This document shows positions 14,420-30,814 of a DNA stretch of 64,000 nucleotides, one piece after another (within the stretch, counting starts at the first letter, position 1; each line of letters begins with the position of its first letter). The notes under the pieces were generated by a model. The model did not search any database and was not told the origin of the DNA. It saw nothing but the letters and a program-made list of their open reading frames with translations. A program made the position numbers and the translations under genes. Source of the stretch: the human T2T-CHM13v2.0 reference genome, Homo sapiens; NCBI RefSeq assembly GCF_009914755.1, contig NC_060940.1. The stretch is one strand, 5' to 3'.

Positions 14420-15760
14420 TCAGAAAAGGTACCAAAATGATGACTTTTAAAAAAGAATGTTCTTACGGAAAAATCCCAAATAATGTATGTAACTACTCCC
14501 TCCACCAGAAGGGAGAGCACAATTCCCGTCTCCTTGAGTGTGGTCTGTGCTTAGTAACTTGCTTCCAGTGAATAAAATAGTATTTTTTTCTGTTATTACC
14601 TCCTCCTCCTTCCCAAACACAGACATGCAGGAGCTTCTTTAGAAAATTTTTTCTAACATCCTCCCTGCCCCAGTGAAATATTAATGCCACAAATATTCTG
14701 TATATGTGTTTTGCTATATGAGTATCCATGTTTTATGCATAAAATAGTAAGTTATTTTTGCCCACCAAGAACCAGTTTTTTCCTTCCGTGGCATTTTAAC
14801 AACCCCCACTGAGAATACATGAAATAGAGTGAGAAAAGGGAGAAATTCTAACTTGGAGAAACCTGGCAGACACTGCCTTAATCAACTGATCAAAGTTAAC
14901 ATCACCAGTGATAAGTCATGTTAATACCATATACCCTCATATGCAGTGAGGACGGTATTTTGTCTTTGTAGTAGTCTTTTCATAACTTTAGTCTTAGGAG
15001 AAACATCAGGCAAACCCATAATGAGGTACATTCTACAAAATACCTGACCTCTTCTGAGGTGTCAAGGTAATTGTCTTAGTCCATTTTGGCTGCTATAATG
15101 AAATACTATAGACTGGGTGACCTATAAACTTCAAAAACTTATTTCTCACAGTTTTGGAGGCTGGGTAGCCTAAGGTTGAGACATCAGCAGATTTGCTGTC
15201 TGTTGAGAGCCCGCTTCCTAGTTCGTAGACCTCTTCCTTCTTGCTATAACCTCACTTGGCCAAAGGGACAAAGGAGCTCTCTGTCACTTGTATAAGGTCC
15301 CTAATCCCATTCATGAGGACACCTCCCTTATGACCTAATCTTCTCCTGAAGTTTTCACCTCCAGATACCACTGGGGATTGGCTTCAACATCTGAATTTTG
15401 AGGTGGGGAATCACAGATATTTAGTCTATAATAGTAATGGAAAACAAAGGAAGACTGAGAAACTGTCTCAGATCATGGGAGACTAAGGAGGCATAACCAC
15501 TAAATGCAGTGTGATATTCTAGATTGGATCTTGGAACAGAAAAAGAACGGTAGTGGGAGAACAGGTGTCATCTAAATGAAGTCTGTAGTTTAGAGCATTA
15601 TATCAATGTTAATTTCTTAATTTTGATAAATTTACTGTGGTTTTGGAAGATATTAATATTAGGGGAAGTTGTGGGGAGGGGCATAAGGGAACTCTGCTGT
15701 TTTTGTAACTTTTCTGTAAGTCTAAAATTATTCCAGAATTACAAAAGTAAAAAAAGGAGT
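14420..15760 (+). mobile_element. L1MC-like 3' UTR interrupted by MLT1A
   Basis: GAGAAACCTGGCAGACACTGCCTTAA, ACTAAATGCAGTGTG..GGATCTTGGAACAG and TTTCTGTAAGTCTAAAATTATTCC are L1MC 3'-end hallmarks. Confidence 0.7.
15072..15433 (-). mobile_element. MLT1A-like MaLR solo LTR
   Basis: Starts TGTCTTAGTCCATTTTGGCTGCTATAA; 5-bp TSD GTAAT at 15067-71 and 15434-38. Confidence 0.88.
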
Positions 15761-15859
15761 GTTTAAAGATTATTGTGTAGTCTGTATTCATATGAAAATA
15801 ATGGTACAAATATTGAAAGAGAAGTAAATATATCACTAGAATTATAAATATTAAGCTAG

Positions 15860-16495
15860 TCTGAAATTATGTTTTTAAATATAATATCAGTAAATGAAAA
15901 AATATGGTAGATATAGTCTTTCTTAAATTTAGTGAAGCGTTTGATGTAGTATCTCATGACATCTGTGTACAATTAATTTAAGTTGTCCTGGATATAAGCA
16001 GAGTCATATGGATTAAAAACTAGCTGGAGAACCATAAAAAATATTGATAAACCATAAATGGTAATGTATCAAGTTGGGGAATGTGTCTAGGTGCTGCAAG
16101 GATCAGTGTTATGTCCTGTCTTATACAGCTGCTGCATTAATGATGTAGAAAAGGGAGTGAAAAGCGTGTTAATGAAATTCACAGATGCTATTAAATTAGG
16201 AGGTAATGGAAACAGCAGTGAGGGCAACAAAAGCAAGGTAAAGGTACTCAGAGAGCTTAGATATATGGAGTGGAAATAACAAAATTAGATTCTCTTCTTC
16301 CAAGGTAGAAACTACTACTGCATTAGGAGAAAAACAATAAAACAAAATAAGTATTCAAAGGGAACAAGATCTGAAAGTCATCAAATGGTCAAAAAGACCT
16401 AAGGGTGGCAGTGAATAACAAAGTAGATATAAATTTATGAAACAGTGATTTTGAAGATTACAGCCACATGTACTGCATGTCACAGAAAGAATACA
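15860..16495 (+). mobile_element. Ancient CR1/L3 LINE reverse-transcriptase remnant (5' part)
   Basis: Translations VDIVFLKFSEAFDVVSHDI, WIKN*LEN, INGNVSSWG and QGSVLCPVLYSCCINDVEKGVKSVLMKFTDAIKLGG match CR1 RT motifs (DVVYLDFSKAFD..SH; PQGSVLGP.LF.IFINDL; KFADDTKLGG). Confidence 0.85.
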
Positions 16496-16720
16496 ATAGT
16501 CCATTCTTTTTTTTTTTTATACATTAAGTTTTAGGGTACATGTGCACAATGTGCAGGTTTGTTACATATGTATGCATGTGCCATGTTGGTGTGCAGCACC
16601 CATTAACTCATCATTTAACATTAGGTATATCTCCTAATGCTATCCCTCCCCCCTACCCCTACCCCACAACAGGCCCCAGTGTGTGATGTTCCCCTTCCTG
16701 TGTCCATGTGTTCTCATTGT

Positions 16721-20549
<3,829 letters not shown>

Positions 20550-20612
20550 TATGATATTAGCTGGTTGTTTTGCTCGTTAGTTGATGCAGTTTCTTCCTAG
20601 CCTTGATGGTCT

Positions 20613-21620
20613 TTACAATTTGGCATGTTTTTGCAGTGGCTGGTACCGGTTGTTCCTTTCCATGTGTAGTGCTTCCTTCAGGAGCTCTTTTAGGGCAGGC
20701 CTAGTGGTGACAAAATCTGTCCGCATTTGCTTGTCTGTAAAGGATTTTATTTCTCCTTCATTTATGAAGCTTAGTTTGGCTGGATATGAAATTCTGGGTT
20801 GAAAATTCTGGAATGTTGAATATTGGCCCCCAGTCTCTTCTGGCTTATAGAGTTTCTGTTGAGAGATCAGCTGTTAGTCTGATGGGCTTCCCTTTGTGGG
20901 TAACCCGACCTTTCTCTCTGGCTGCCCTTAACATTTTTTCCTTCATTTCAACTTTGGTGAATCTGAGAATTATGTTTCTTGGAGTTCCTCTTCTTGAGGA
21001 GTATCTTTGTGGCGTTCTCTGTATTCCCTGAATTTGAATGTTGGCCTGCCTTGCTAGATTGCGGAAGTTCTGCTGGATAATATCGTGCAGAGTGTTTTCC
21101 AACTTGGTTCCATTCTCCCTGTCACTTTCAGGTACACCAATCAAATGTAGATTTGGTCTTTTCACATAGTCCCATATTTCTTGGAGGCTTTGTTCATTTC
21201 TTTTTATTCGTTTTTCTCTAAAGTTCTCTTCTTGATTCATTTCATTCATTTGATCTTCCATCACTGATACCCTTTCTTCCAGTTGATCGAATCAGCTACT
21301 GAGGCTTGTGCATTCGTCATGTAGTTCTCGTGCCGTGGTTTTCAGCTCTATCAGGTTCTTTAAGGACTTCTCTGCATCGGTTATTCTAGTTAGCCGTTCG
21401 TCTAATTTTTTTTCAAGGTTTTTAACTTCTTTGCCATGGGTTCGAACTTCCTCCTTTAGCTCGGAGTAGTTTGATCGTCTGAAGCCTTCTTCTCTCAACT
21501 CGCCAAGTCATTCTCCGTCCAGCTTTGTTCCGTTGCTGGTGAGGAGCTGCCTTCCTTTGGAGGAGGAGAGGCGCTCTGGTTTTTAGAGTTTCCAGTTTTT
21601 CTGTTCTGTTTCTTCCCCAT
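20613..21620 (-). pseudogene. L1 ORF1p, disrupted
   Basis: MGKKQNRKTGNSK start; EQSLQEIWDYVKRPNL and KGKPIRLTADLS fragments lie in separate short ORFs. Confidence 0.93.
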
Positions 21621-22640
21621 GTTTGTGGTTTTATCTACCTTTGGTCTTTGATGATGGTGACGTACAGTTGGAGTTTTGGTGTGGATGTCCTGTTTGTTAG
21701 TTTTCCTTCTAACAGTCAAGACCCTCAGCTGCAGGTCTGTTGGAGTTTGCTGGAGGTCCACTCCAGACCCTCTTTGCCTGGGAATCAGCAGCAGAGGCTG
21801 CAGAACAGTGGATATTGGTGAACAGCAAATGTTGCTGCCTGATCATTCCTCTGAAAGTTTTGTCTCAGAGGAGTACCCGACCGTCTGAGGTGTCAGTCTG
21901 CCCCTACTGGGGTTGCCTCCCAGTTAGGCTACTCGGGGGTCAGGGACCCACTTGAGGAGGCAGTCTGTCTGTTCTCAGATCTCCAGCTGTGTGTTGGGAG
22001 AACCAGTACACTCTTCAAAGTTGTCAGACAGGGACATTTAAGTCTGCAGAGATTTCTGCTGCCTTTTGTTTGGCTGTTCCCTGCCCCCAGAGGTGGAGTA
22101 TACAGAAGCAGACAGGCCTCCTTGAGGTTTGGTGGGCTCTACCCAGTTTGAGCTTCTGGGCCAGTTTGTTTACCTACTCAAGCCTCGGCAGTTGCGGGCG
22201 CCCCTCCTCCAGCCTCACTGCTGCCTTGCAGTTTGATCTCAGACTGCGGTGCTAGCAATGAGCGAGGCTCTGTGGACATAGGACCCTCCGAGCCAGGCAC
22301 GGGATATAATCTCTTGGTGTGCCGTTTGCTAAGACCATTGGAAAAGCTCAGTGTTAGGGTGGGAGTGACCCGATTTTCAGGTGCCGTCTCACACCCCTTT
22401 CTTTGACTAGGGTAGGGAATTCGCTGACCCCTTGCACTTCCCGGGTGAGGTGATGCCTCGCCCTGCTTTGGCTCATGCTCGGTTAGCTGCACCTACTGTC
22501 CTGCATCCGCTGTCCAACACTCCCCAGTGAGATGAACCCGGTACCTCAGTTGGAAATGCAGAAATCACCCGTCTTCTGCATCGCTCACGCTGGGAGCTGT
22601 AGACTGGAGCTGTTTCTATTCGGCCATCTTGGCTCCTCCC
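21621..22640 (-). promoter_or_regulatory. L1 5' UTR: internal sense promoter with YY1 site, plus antisense promoter region
   Basis: GC-rich 5' UTR; intact YY1 core CAAGATGGCCG at 22621-22631 on the minus strand. Confidence 0.75.
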
Positions 22641-22656
22641 ATCATAGTTCGTTCTT

Positions 22657-22765
22657 CATACCTCCAGTAAAAAGACTTCAGGAAGACATCTCATTTTGTC
22701 GCAAGTTGGTACCTAACCACTGCTGACAAAATAGAAGTAGTAATAAGAATGATTAAGCCGTATAA
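22657..22765 (+). mobile_element. Probable continuation of the CR1/L3 remnant after the L1 insertion
   Basis: Follows the L1 TSD directly; degenerate match to CR1 C-terminal ORF2 (DKIEV..RMIK-like). Confidence 0.5.
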
Positions 22766-24289
22766 CACTGCAGACAAGTATATTCATCTTCAGCAAATTA
22801 CCCTGGGCTATTTTACAAGTCTTTCCATTCATAGTTGCTGATTCTACTTCTTATCGAATGTAGGTAACTCCCATCCTTAGATATGTAACTTATACTGGGC
22901 CTCATTCAGAGCACCTTACCTCTCTTTAACCTCCTTTGTCTCCATAATTAAACTTACAAAGTGATTCTTCCTAATACGTTTTATTTCCGTCTATATTAAA
23001 GTACATATAGTATTCCTTGATTACTTGCTGAAACTATCTTAGGTCTAGGTCATGTCTGTGTCCCACTGCTGCATGCACTATTTGCAAATACAGGTATATG
23101 TTATCAGCAACTATGGAACAAAGAGTGTAGACAAGAGTAACATCTCAGAACTGTGTTGCAATTGAGACCTGAATGAATGATAAAGAAATAAACCATAGAT
23201 CTGAATTCATTTAGCAATACAGTTTTTTAATGACCACAGCATAAATCAGGTGACCCCAAGATGTTATCACCCACCTGGATGACTATCTGTACTTACTAAA
23301 TGATATGTGATAGATGCTTTTTAAAAAATTGTCTCAACAGAAAAAACCCTTTAGGAATCTCTATTTTTTGTAGTTTAGGAAAGCTTTTTTCTTTAACTTT
23401 TGCATTGAAAAAAATTATTCGTGAGGCCACGTGTAATATTTAGGCCCTTGGTATGTTCCAACTAGCAACAAATATTTGAGAAGCAGTGAGTTCGAAGGTA
23501 TTCTCCTTCTTTTATGCATAAAGTCATGTAGAGCATGGAGAAGAAGGAAAGAACACTCCCACCTGGTTGGAAAAAGGTGTTACTTGTAAATAAGTTGATC
23601 TTTATTTTGAGAAACTGAGGAGAATCCTACACTGGATGGAGGAGAATCCTACATTGGATGGATGATTGGACCAAATCATTTCTAAGGTCCCTTCATGTGC
23701 TTTGAGGATATATTGTGTTGATCATTTGGCTACTTGAATACCTGCACAATACAAAGACAATTTGGTTGTCTTAAAAGCTTTACAGGAGAACTAGAACATT
23801 ACCCGTCTATTTCTTGCAATAAACCTCCCAACTGTGGAGATACAGCTTTTCCATATGAAACATAACAAATTTCATATAATATGCAACAAGAATGAGTATA
23901 TAAGGTACAACAAGAACTGCTCCCTCAGTTTATCTCTAGTTGCCTAAAGTGGTATGCTTGGTTATTACATTATTTATTACTAGACAACCTGGTACTCCAG
24001 TAAAATGCAGAAGGCCAGAAGGATAAGGAGGATAAAAGGCTGGGCATAAATGTGATTATCATTAATTTCTCGTAAAATTTTGTAATGAGGAATAAAAAAG
24101 GGAATGCTGCTCCTATACCTGAAATAGGTCATGTTGTTCAGTATTTTGGACTTTTTTTTTTTTTAGTAGCAAACCCCAAGAGGCTGCCTTTTTTATATTC
24201 CTTGAGGTAACCCTGTCATAATATTGGTCCTTACCCATCTGTCAGAGGCATAACTTTCATTTCTACAATCACTTCAACAATAGTTAGTA

Positions 24290-24622
<333 letters not shown>

Positions 24623-24884
24623 TCATGTCCACTGACTTAAGGCATAAAAGCATCCAGTTTACTATTGATATTAAATATCTAATTCTGATTACCCAGAAGT
24701 TAATTTCTTTAAGAATTTTCAATATCCTTGTCATTCTAGATGCTACTAGTTAGCATTTCTTGAGTTTTATTTAGGTCTTAACGTCTGTATCACTTTCTTA
24801 AAAATCAGAAATATTCCCTTGACCTTGAGCTGTTTGATGCTTGGCATATCTTTTTATTGTTAAATCTTTTACCATGTTATAACC

Positions 24885-25114
24885 GGCCATGTGCAGTGGC
24901 TCGCACCTGTAATCCCAGCACTTTGGGAGGCCGAGGTGGGCGGAGTTTGAGACCAGCCTGGCCAACATGGTAAAACCCCATCTCTACTAAAAGTACAAAA
25001 ATTATCTGGGTGTGGTGGCACACGCCTGTAGTCCCAGCTACTTGAGAGGCTGAGGCAGGAGAATTGCCTCAGTGATTTGAATCCCAGAGGTGGGGGTGGC
25101 AGTGAGCCAAGATC
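24885..25114 (+). mobile_element. AluS, 3'-truncated and fused to an inverted Alu
   Basis: Ends at GAGCCAAGATC with no tail. Confidence 0.92.
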
Positions 25115-25331
25115 TCTGCCTCCCAGGTTCAAGCGGTTCTCCTACCTCAGCCTCCTGAGTAGCTGGGATTACAGGCGCCTGCCACCATGCCTGACTAATT
25201 TTTGTATTTTTAATAGAGATGAGGTTTCACCATGTTGGCCAGACTAGTCTCAAACTCCTGACCTCAAATGATCTGCCCGCCTCAGCCTCCCAAAGTGCTG
25301 GGATTACAGGCATGAGCCACCGTGCCTGGCC
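25115..25331 (-). mobile_element. AluSx-like, 3'-truncated, inverted
   Basis: TCTGCCTCCCAGGTTCAAGC...GAGCCACCGTGCCTGGCC. Confidence 0.93.
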
Positions 25332-26722
25332 AGGAATTTATGATTTTAAAGATATCATTACTATTTATTCTTATCAAATGGATAATTTATTCTGATTCTG
25401 GCTTCTCCATTATTGCCTTCCTTTTAAAACTTTCTCAATTGTACTCTCTTCAGAGAATTTCCTAAGAAGTTTTTTGTAAGCTCAGATTATTGACCCTTTT
25501 TGTTCATATTTTGATTTAAACTAAACAAATATTAAAAGAACTACAGAATTATCTTAATCATGGCATTGAATTTCCATGTTTTCCTGATTTATTGTTATGC
25601 ACAAATCCCAACTATGGGATGAGATCATCTCTATATTCTTTTTTTATTGTAATCTACCTCCTACACTGCGTAGACAAAAAGCAAGTATGCAGACTGTGGA
25701 TACAAAATGTAAGACCCTTTAGATCACTTGGAAAACATCATCTAATGTTTATTCTGTAATCCTTTCATCATAATTTGAATTTATTGGGGGTAATGTTACT
25801 TTCCTTACAGTGATATTGACATTTATAATGGTATTCATGATAGAATCTGCAATTTTAAGTCAGTGGTCCCATATGGAGTTTTGAAGCATCCCTGATTTCT
25901 GCTAATATCTGCAAATGACAAACTAAATTGTTTTTGGTGTTTTTTTTTCCCAACTTATTTTCCCTATAGCTATAGGGAAAGATAGAGCAGAATCTCTATC
26001 TTTCCACAGAATTTGGACAAGAAATTTCAAGACAGTCACATGTTTTCCTTGTGCATAAAGCCTGGGAATAGGCTATGTTGTTGTATTAACTTAAAATAAG
26101 AGTCTGTTCATATTTTACATACTGATGGAAAGAAATATGGGGTCTAACTCCATTTCTTACAGTTTTTTTAAGTTCTTTTTTACTGTGTAGATCAGTATTT
26201 ATTACTAGCTCATTAATCAAACTCTAACATATGGTATGGAGAGCTTTAAGTTCACCTTTTTTTGTACTGAATTTATTGCAACTGCATGTTATCAGGCAAT
26301 ATGTGACCAAAATGAAATAGCGGGACTTCAGTGTCATCTTTACAGACTCTGTCATATAAAAACCAGACTATAATAAATTTTCTTGGAATCTACTAAGTGT
26401 CACAAGAAGTTTATTAAATGAAAATTAGGTATTACAAAATTCTTGATGATCTCAGGAATATCGAAATGTTCTTGCTGTCTCCCTTCTAAATTGTCATTAT
26501 TAAGTAAATTCTAACTTTTATGCAAAGCCTATGTGGTTTATTTGACACAGATTTATCTAGTAAAAGTTACCATTACTAGTAATCAGTTAGTTGTCTTTTT
26601 CTTAGCTCTTTAGGTGTGAATTAGCAGTGAGTTTATAGTTTTCATGGAGCCAATGCCAGAACATATAATACAAGATTTCAAATTCTGTTATCTTGAGAAT
26701 GTTGAGGTAGAATCCCTTTGGT

Positions 26723-26768
26723 TTTTGTTGTTGTTGTTGTTGTTGTTGTCATTGTTGTCATCATTGTC
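26723..26768. repeat. (TTG)n microsatellite with a degenerate TCATTG tail
   Basis: TTG run of about 8 units. Confidence 0.85.
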
Positions 26769-27007
26769 CTTTGATCATGAATGTAACTGTGGACTCCAAG
26801 ATGAGTTATGGGTGTTCCACAGTATTTTTTAAACATTCTTGGGTCTACTTCATACAAATCTGTATATGTAAATATAATTAAATATAATTGTCTTTTCAGT
26901 GTCTTTATTAATCCTTTAGGTTTATAGTATTTTTTTTCTCAATTATTGGTGGCTTCAACTGCTGGCTTCTTGTATAAAGTTCTTGATTTTCTTTTCTTTC
27001 TTCTTGA

Positions 27008-27310
<303 letters not shown>

Positions 27311-27371
27311 TGTTCTTGATTTTCTTATCATTTTCCTTTTTACAGAAGCTAAGCAAAAGAGCTATTTTTAT

Positions 27372-27680
27372 CATTTATTTGTTTATTTATGTATTTATTG
27401 AGACAGGGTCTCACTCTGTCACCTAGGCTGAAGTGCACTTGGCATGAATCATAGCTCACTTCAGCCTTGACTTCCCAGGCTCAAGTGATCCTTCCATCCC
27501 AGTTTCCAGAGTAGCTGGGACTGCAGGTGCACATCATGCCTTGCTACATTTTGAAATTTCTTGCACAGGTGGGGTCTCACGATGTTTCCCAGGCTGGTCT
27601 CAAACTCCTGGGCTCAAGTTATCCTCCTGCGTCCACCGCCCAAGGTACTGAGACTGCAGGTGTGAGCCGCCGCGTTGGCT
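27372..27680 (-). mobile_element. AluJ with (TTTA)n tail
   Basis: Reverse dimeric Alu. Confidence 0.9.
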
Positions 27681-28790
27681 TCTTTTTAACATTCCTGCGA
27701 AATACTCATTTCTCATATGTTATGGTAGTCCTGTCGCACTCCCTTTGAATGTGTTTTTGATCCTTTCTGATCTCCTTTAATTCCCTTATTGAGCATTATT
27801 TCATTTTACTTTTTTTTCTAAGTCTGCCTTCCTTGGCAGTTAGTATACTGTATCCTTTCATTTGCCTGTCTTCTCTATTTCTAATACAGTTCTTTCTTTT
27901 ATTCATTTCTTTCACCAACATTCTATCCAAACAGATTTTTTTTGCCTTCCTGTATATTTAATTTGAGGTGGAATTGTTTGCCCTTTTAAAATCTTTTTTA
28001 AACTTTGAAAAACTCTCTCATTCTTCTGTCCTATCTTCCAACTATAAAATATTTTACAGTACCTCTTACATTCTTAATTGTTAACTGTTTGCTTTTAAAG
28101 AATGTATTCCACTGTGTCTAGTTGTAAATGTAACCTTCCTTTATATTATAAATTTTATTTTTTTTTGCATACAAACTCACACATTACCTTCTACCTGTAA
28201 ATATGCTTTTATTTCTTTATATAGGTTAAAAACTCAAGATGAAAGATAAGCCATGGGCAATTGATAAAAGGAAATTTATGCTAATTTTGGAGTGGAGTGG
28301 TAGAAATTGGGATATCATTATGGGTTCATGCTGGAACTACTTGAAAGACTTGGTTAACTAAGCAGAGTTATTCATTGCTTACTTAGGCTGGCACTTATAC
28401 CTACCACTGCCTTTTATCACAACTCGTGCTCTTAAAACTAGGTGGCTTTGGCTTGGGGGTCCACCATATATTTCTCCGTAAGTATGACCCAACTCCTAAA
28501 GATTGCTTCAAAGGAGAAAGGAATGGAGGAACACGAGCCATGACAGTTAGTTCAGATGTGAAAGATACTCACAATTCAAAATGCCTCACTACCTTCTGAA
28601 ACATGTCCATAATCTCATTAGAGGTGGTTTTATGGAAACAAAAAAATGCTTAGGTTTGTATTTCTATTGTTTTAAGGCTAACTCTGTAGACTTGATATCA
28701 CATTATCAGTATTCTGTCCTTGAAGAGTAGATTCTGTTCCAGAGTCACCTGCCAATATGCCCAGCTTCTTAGCTGTTCAAACATTCTCTT

Positions 28791-29042
28791 TTTTTTTTTT
28801 TTATTATTATACTTTAAGTTTTAGGGTACATGTGCACAATATGCAGGTTAGTTACATATGTATACATGTGACATGCTGGTGTGCTGCACCCACTAACTCG
28901 TCATCTAGCATTAGGTATATCTCCCAGTGCTATCCCTCCTCCCTCCCCCGACCCCACAACAGTCCCCAGAGTGTGATGTTCCCCTCCTGTGTCCATGTGT
29001 TCCCATTGTTCAGTTCCCACCTATGAGTGAGAATATGCGGTG
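28791..29042 (-). mobile_element. 5'-truncated L1PA2/L1PA3 (~250 bp of 3' UTR)
   Basis: CACTAACTCGTCATCTAGCATTAGG, i.e. GAG rather than ACA/ACG at the Ta-diagnostic site; perfect 14-bp TSD TCAAACATTCTCTT at 28777-90 and 29043-56. Confidence 0.93.
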
Positions 29043-29092
29043 TCAAACATTCTCTTCTACAACTTACTCTGAATTTGAGCTGTATCATTTAA

Positions 29093-29326
<234 letters not shown>

Positions 29327-30405
29327 AACAAGTCTTATTTATTATTCTATAGGTTCACTTACAGGTTTATAACTTTCAAATATAAAACTAAAGTTTCCAC
29401 TTACTAAAAGAGTAACTCAGGATATTTAAAGCCATATTAGTACTTGGGGTTTTAGTTTTCTAAAAAGCAGGGATTCTTTTTGGAAAAAGAAAATTTGAGA
29501 TAGAATGGAAACTGGGATTTTACAATTCTATTTTATATAATACCCCTCTCATGGACAAACAGAAAAAGAGGACAGAGAGATAGAGGGAGGAACACAAATA
29601 GCATTTAAAGGAATAAATGATACAAAGTCAAGTCTAAAGAGAAGACAAATCAGAATACTAATTTTTATCAATTTAATCTAAAGCCTTATACATACAACTG
29701 AAGACAACTGATAGACTAGAAGAATAAAGATAAGAAATACTGTATTTTACAACAGGGTTAGTTCACTTGGAGGGTACCTCGTGCTTGTGGAAAATGTAGA
29801 GGGGGTAGAGAAAGTAAGCTTAGAGAAAACAATTATCTTTCAGGCTTTTAAATTATTTCTGCAGATCCTAGTAGAGTTGGGGCTTTGGATGGGCAGGGAG
29901 AGACTGCAGAACAAATCATAAGAATTCCTGTATCCATCTGTCTATCAGTGACTAAAAAAAATTGGGAGAGGAAATAAAAGATGCATTTGTGTCCCATTCA
30001 TCACAATTTCATCTTCAGATGCAGATATTGCATCTGCACTGCTGCAGAATTAAAATTTGTTGCAAATTTACATATACTCCCTGATTACATATTTTTTCTT
30101 CCACTAATTCAGAATAACTCAGCCTTTTTCCCTTTTATTTTCCGAAGGAAAATGTCATCTAATTCATTTTATTTTAGATGATTTTTCAAAATGTATGGCT
30201 GATTTTTTTTCTTGCACCAGAATTAATACTGAATTTATAAGTGTAATTTTTGAAAAATAACAGCTACTCCAGTTTATTCTATTGCTTCCTCTACCTTCAA
30301 AAGGAAAGTATCACAGTAACTTAGACATGTTTTATAAAGTACCTTTCTTTTATTCTTAATCTCCCTTTTTTTTTTTGGATCTGAGCAGAAAACAATACAT
30401 TTCTA

Positions 30406-30814
<409 letters not shown>

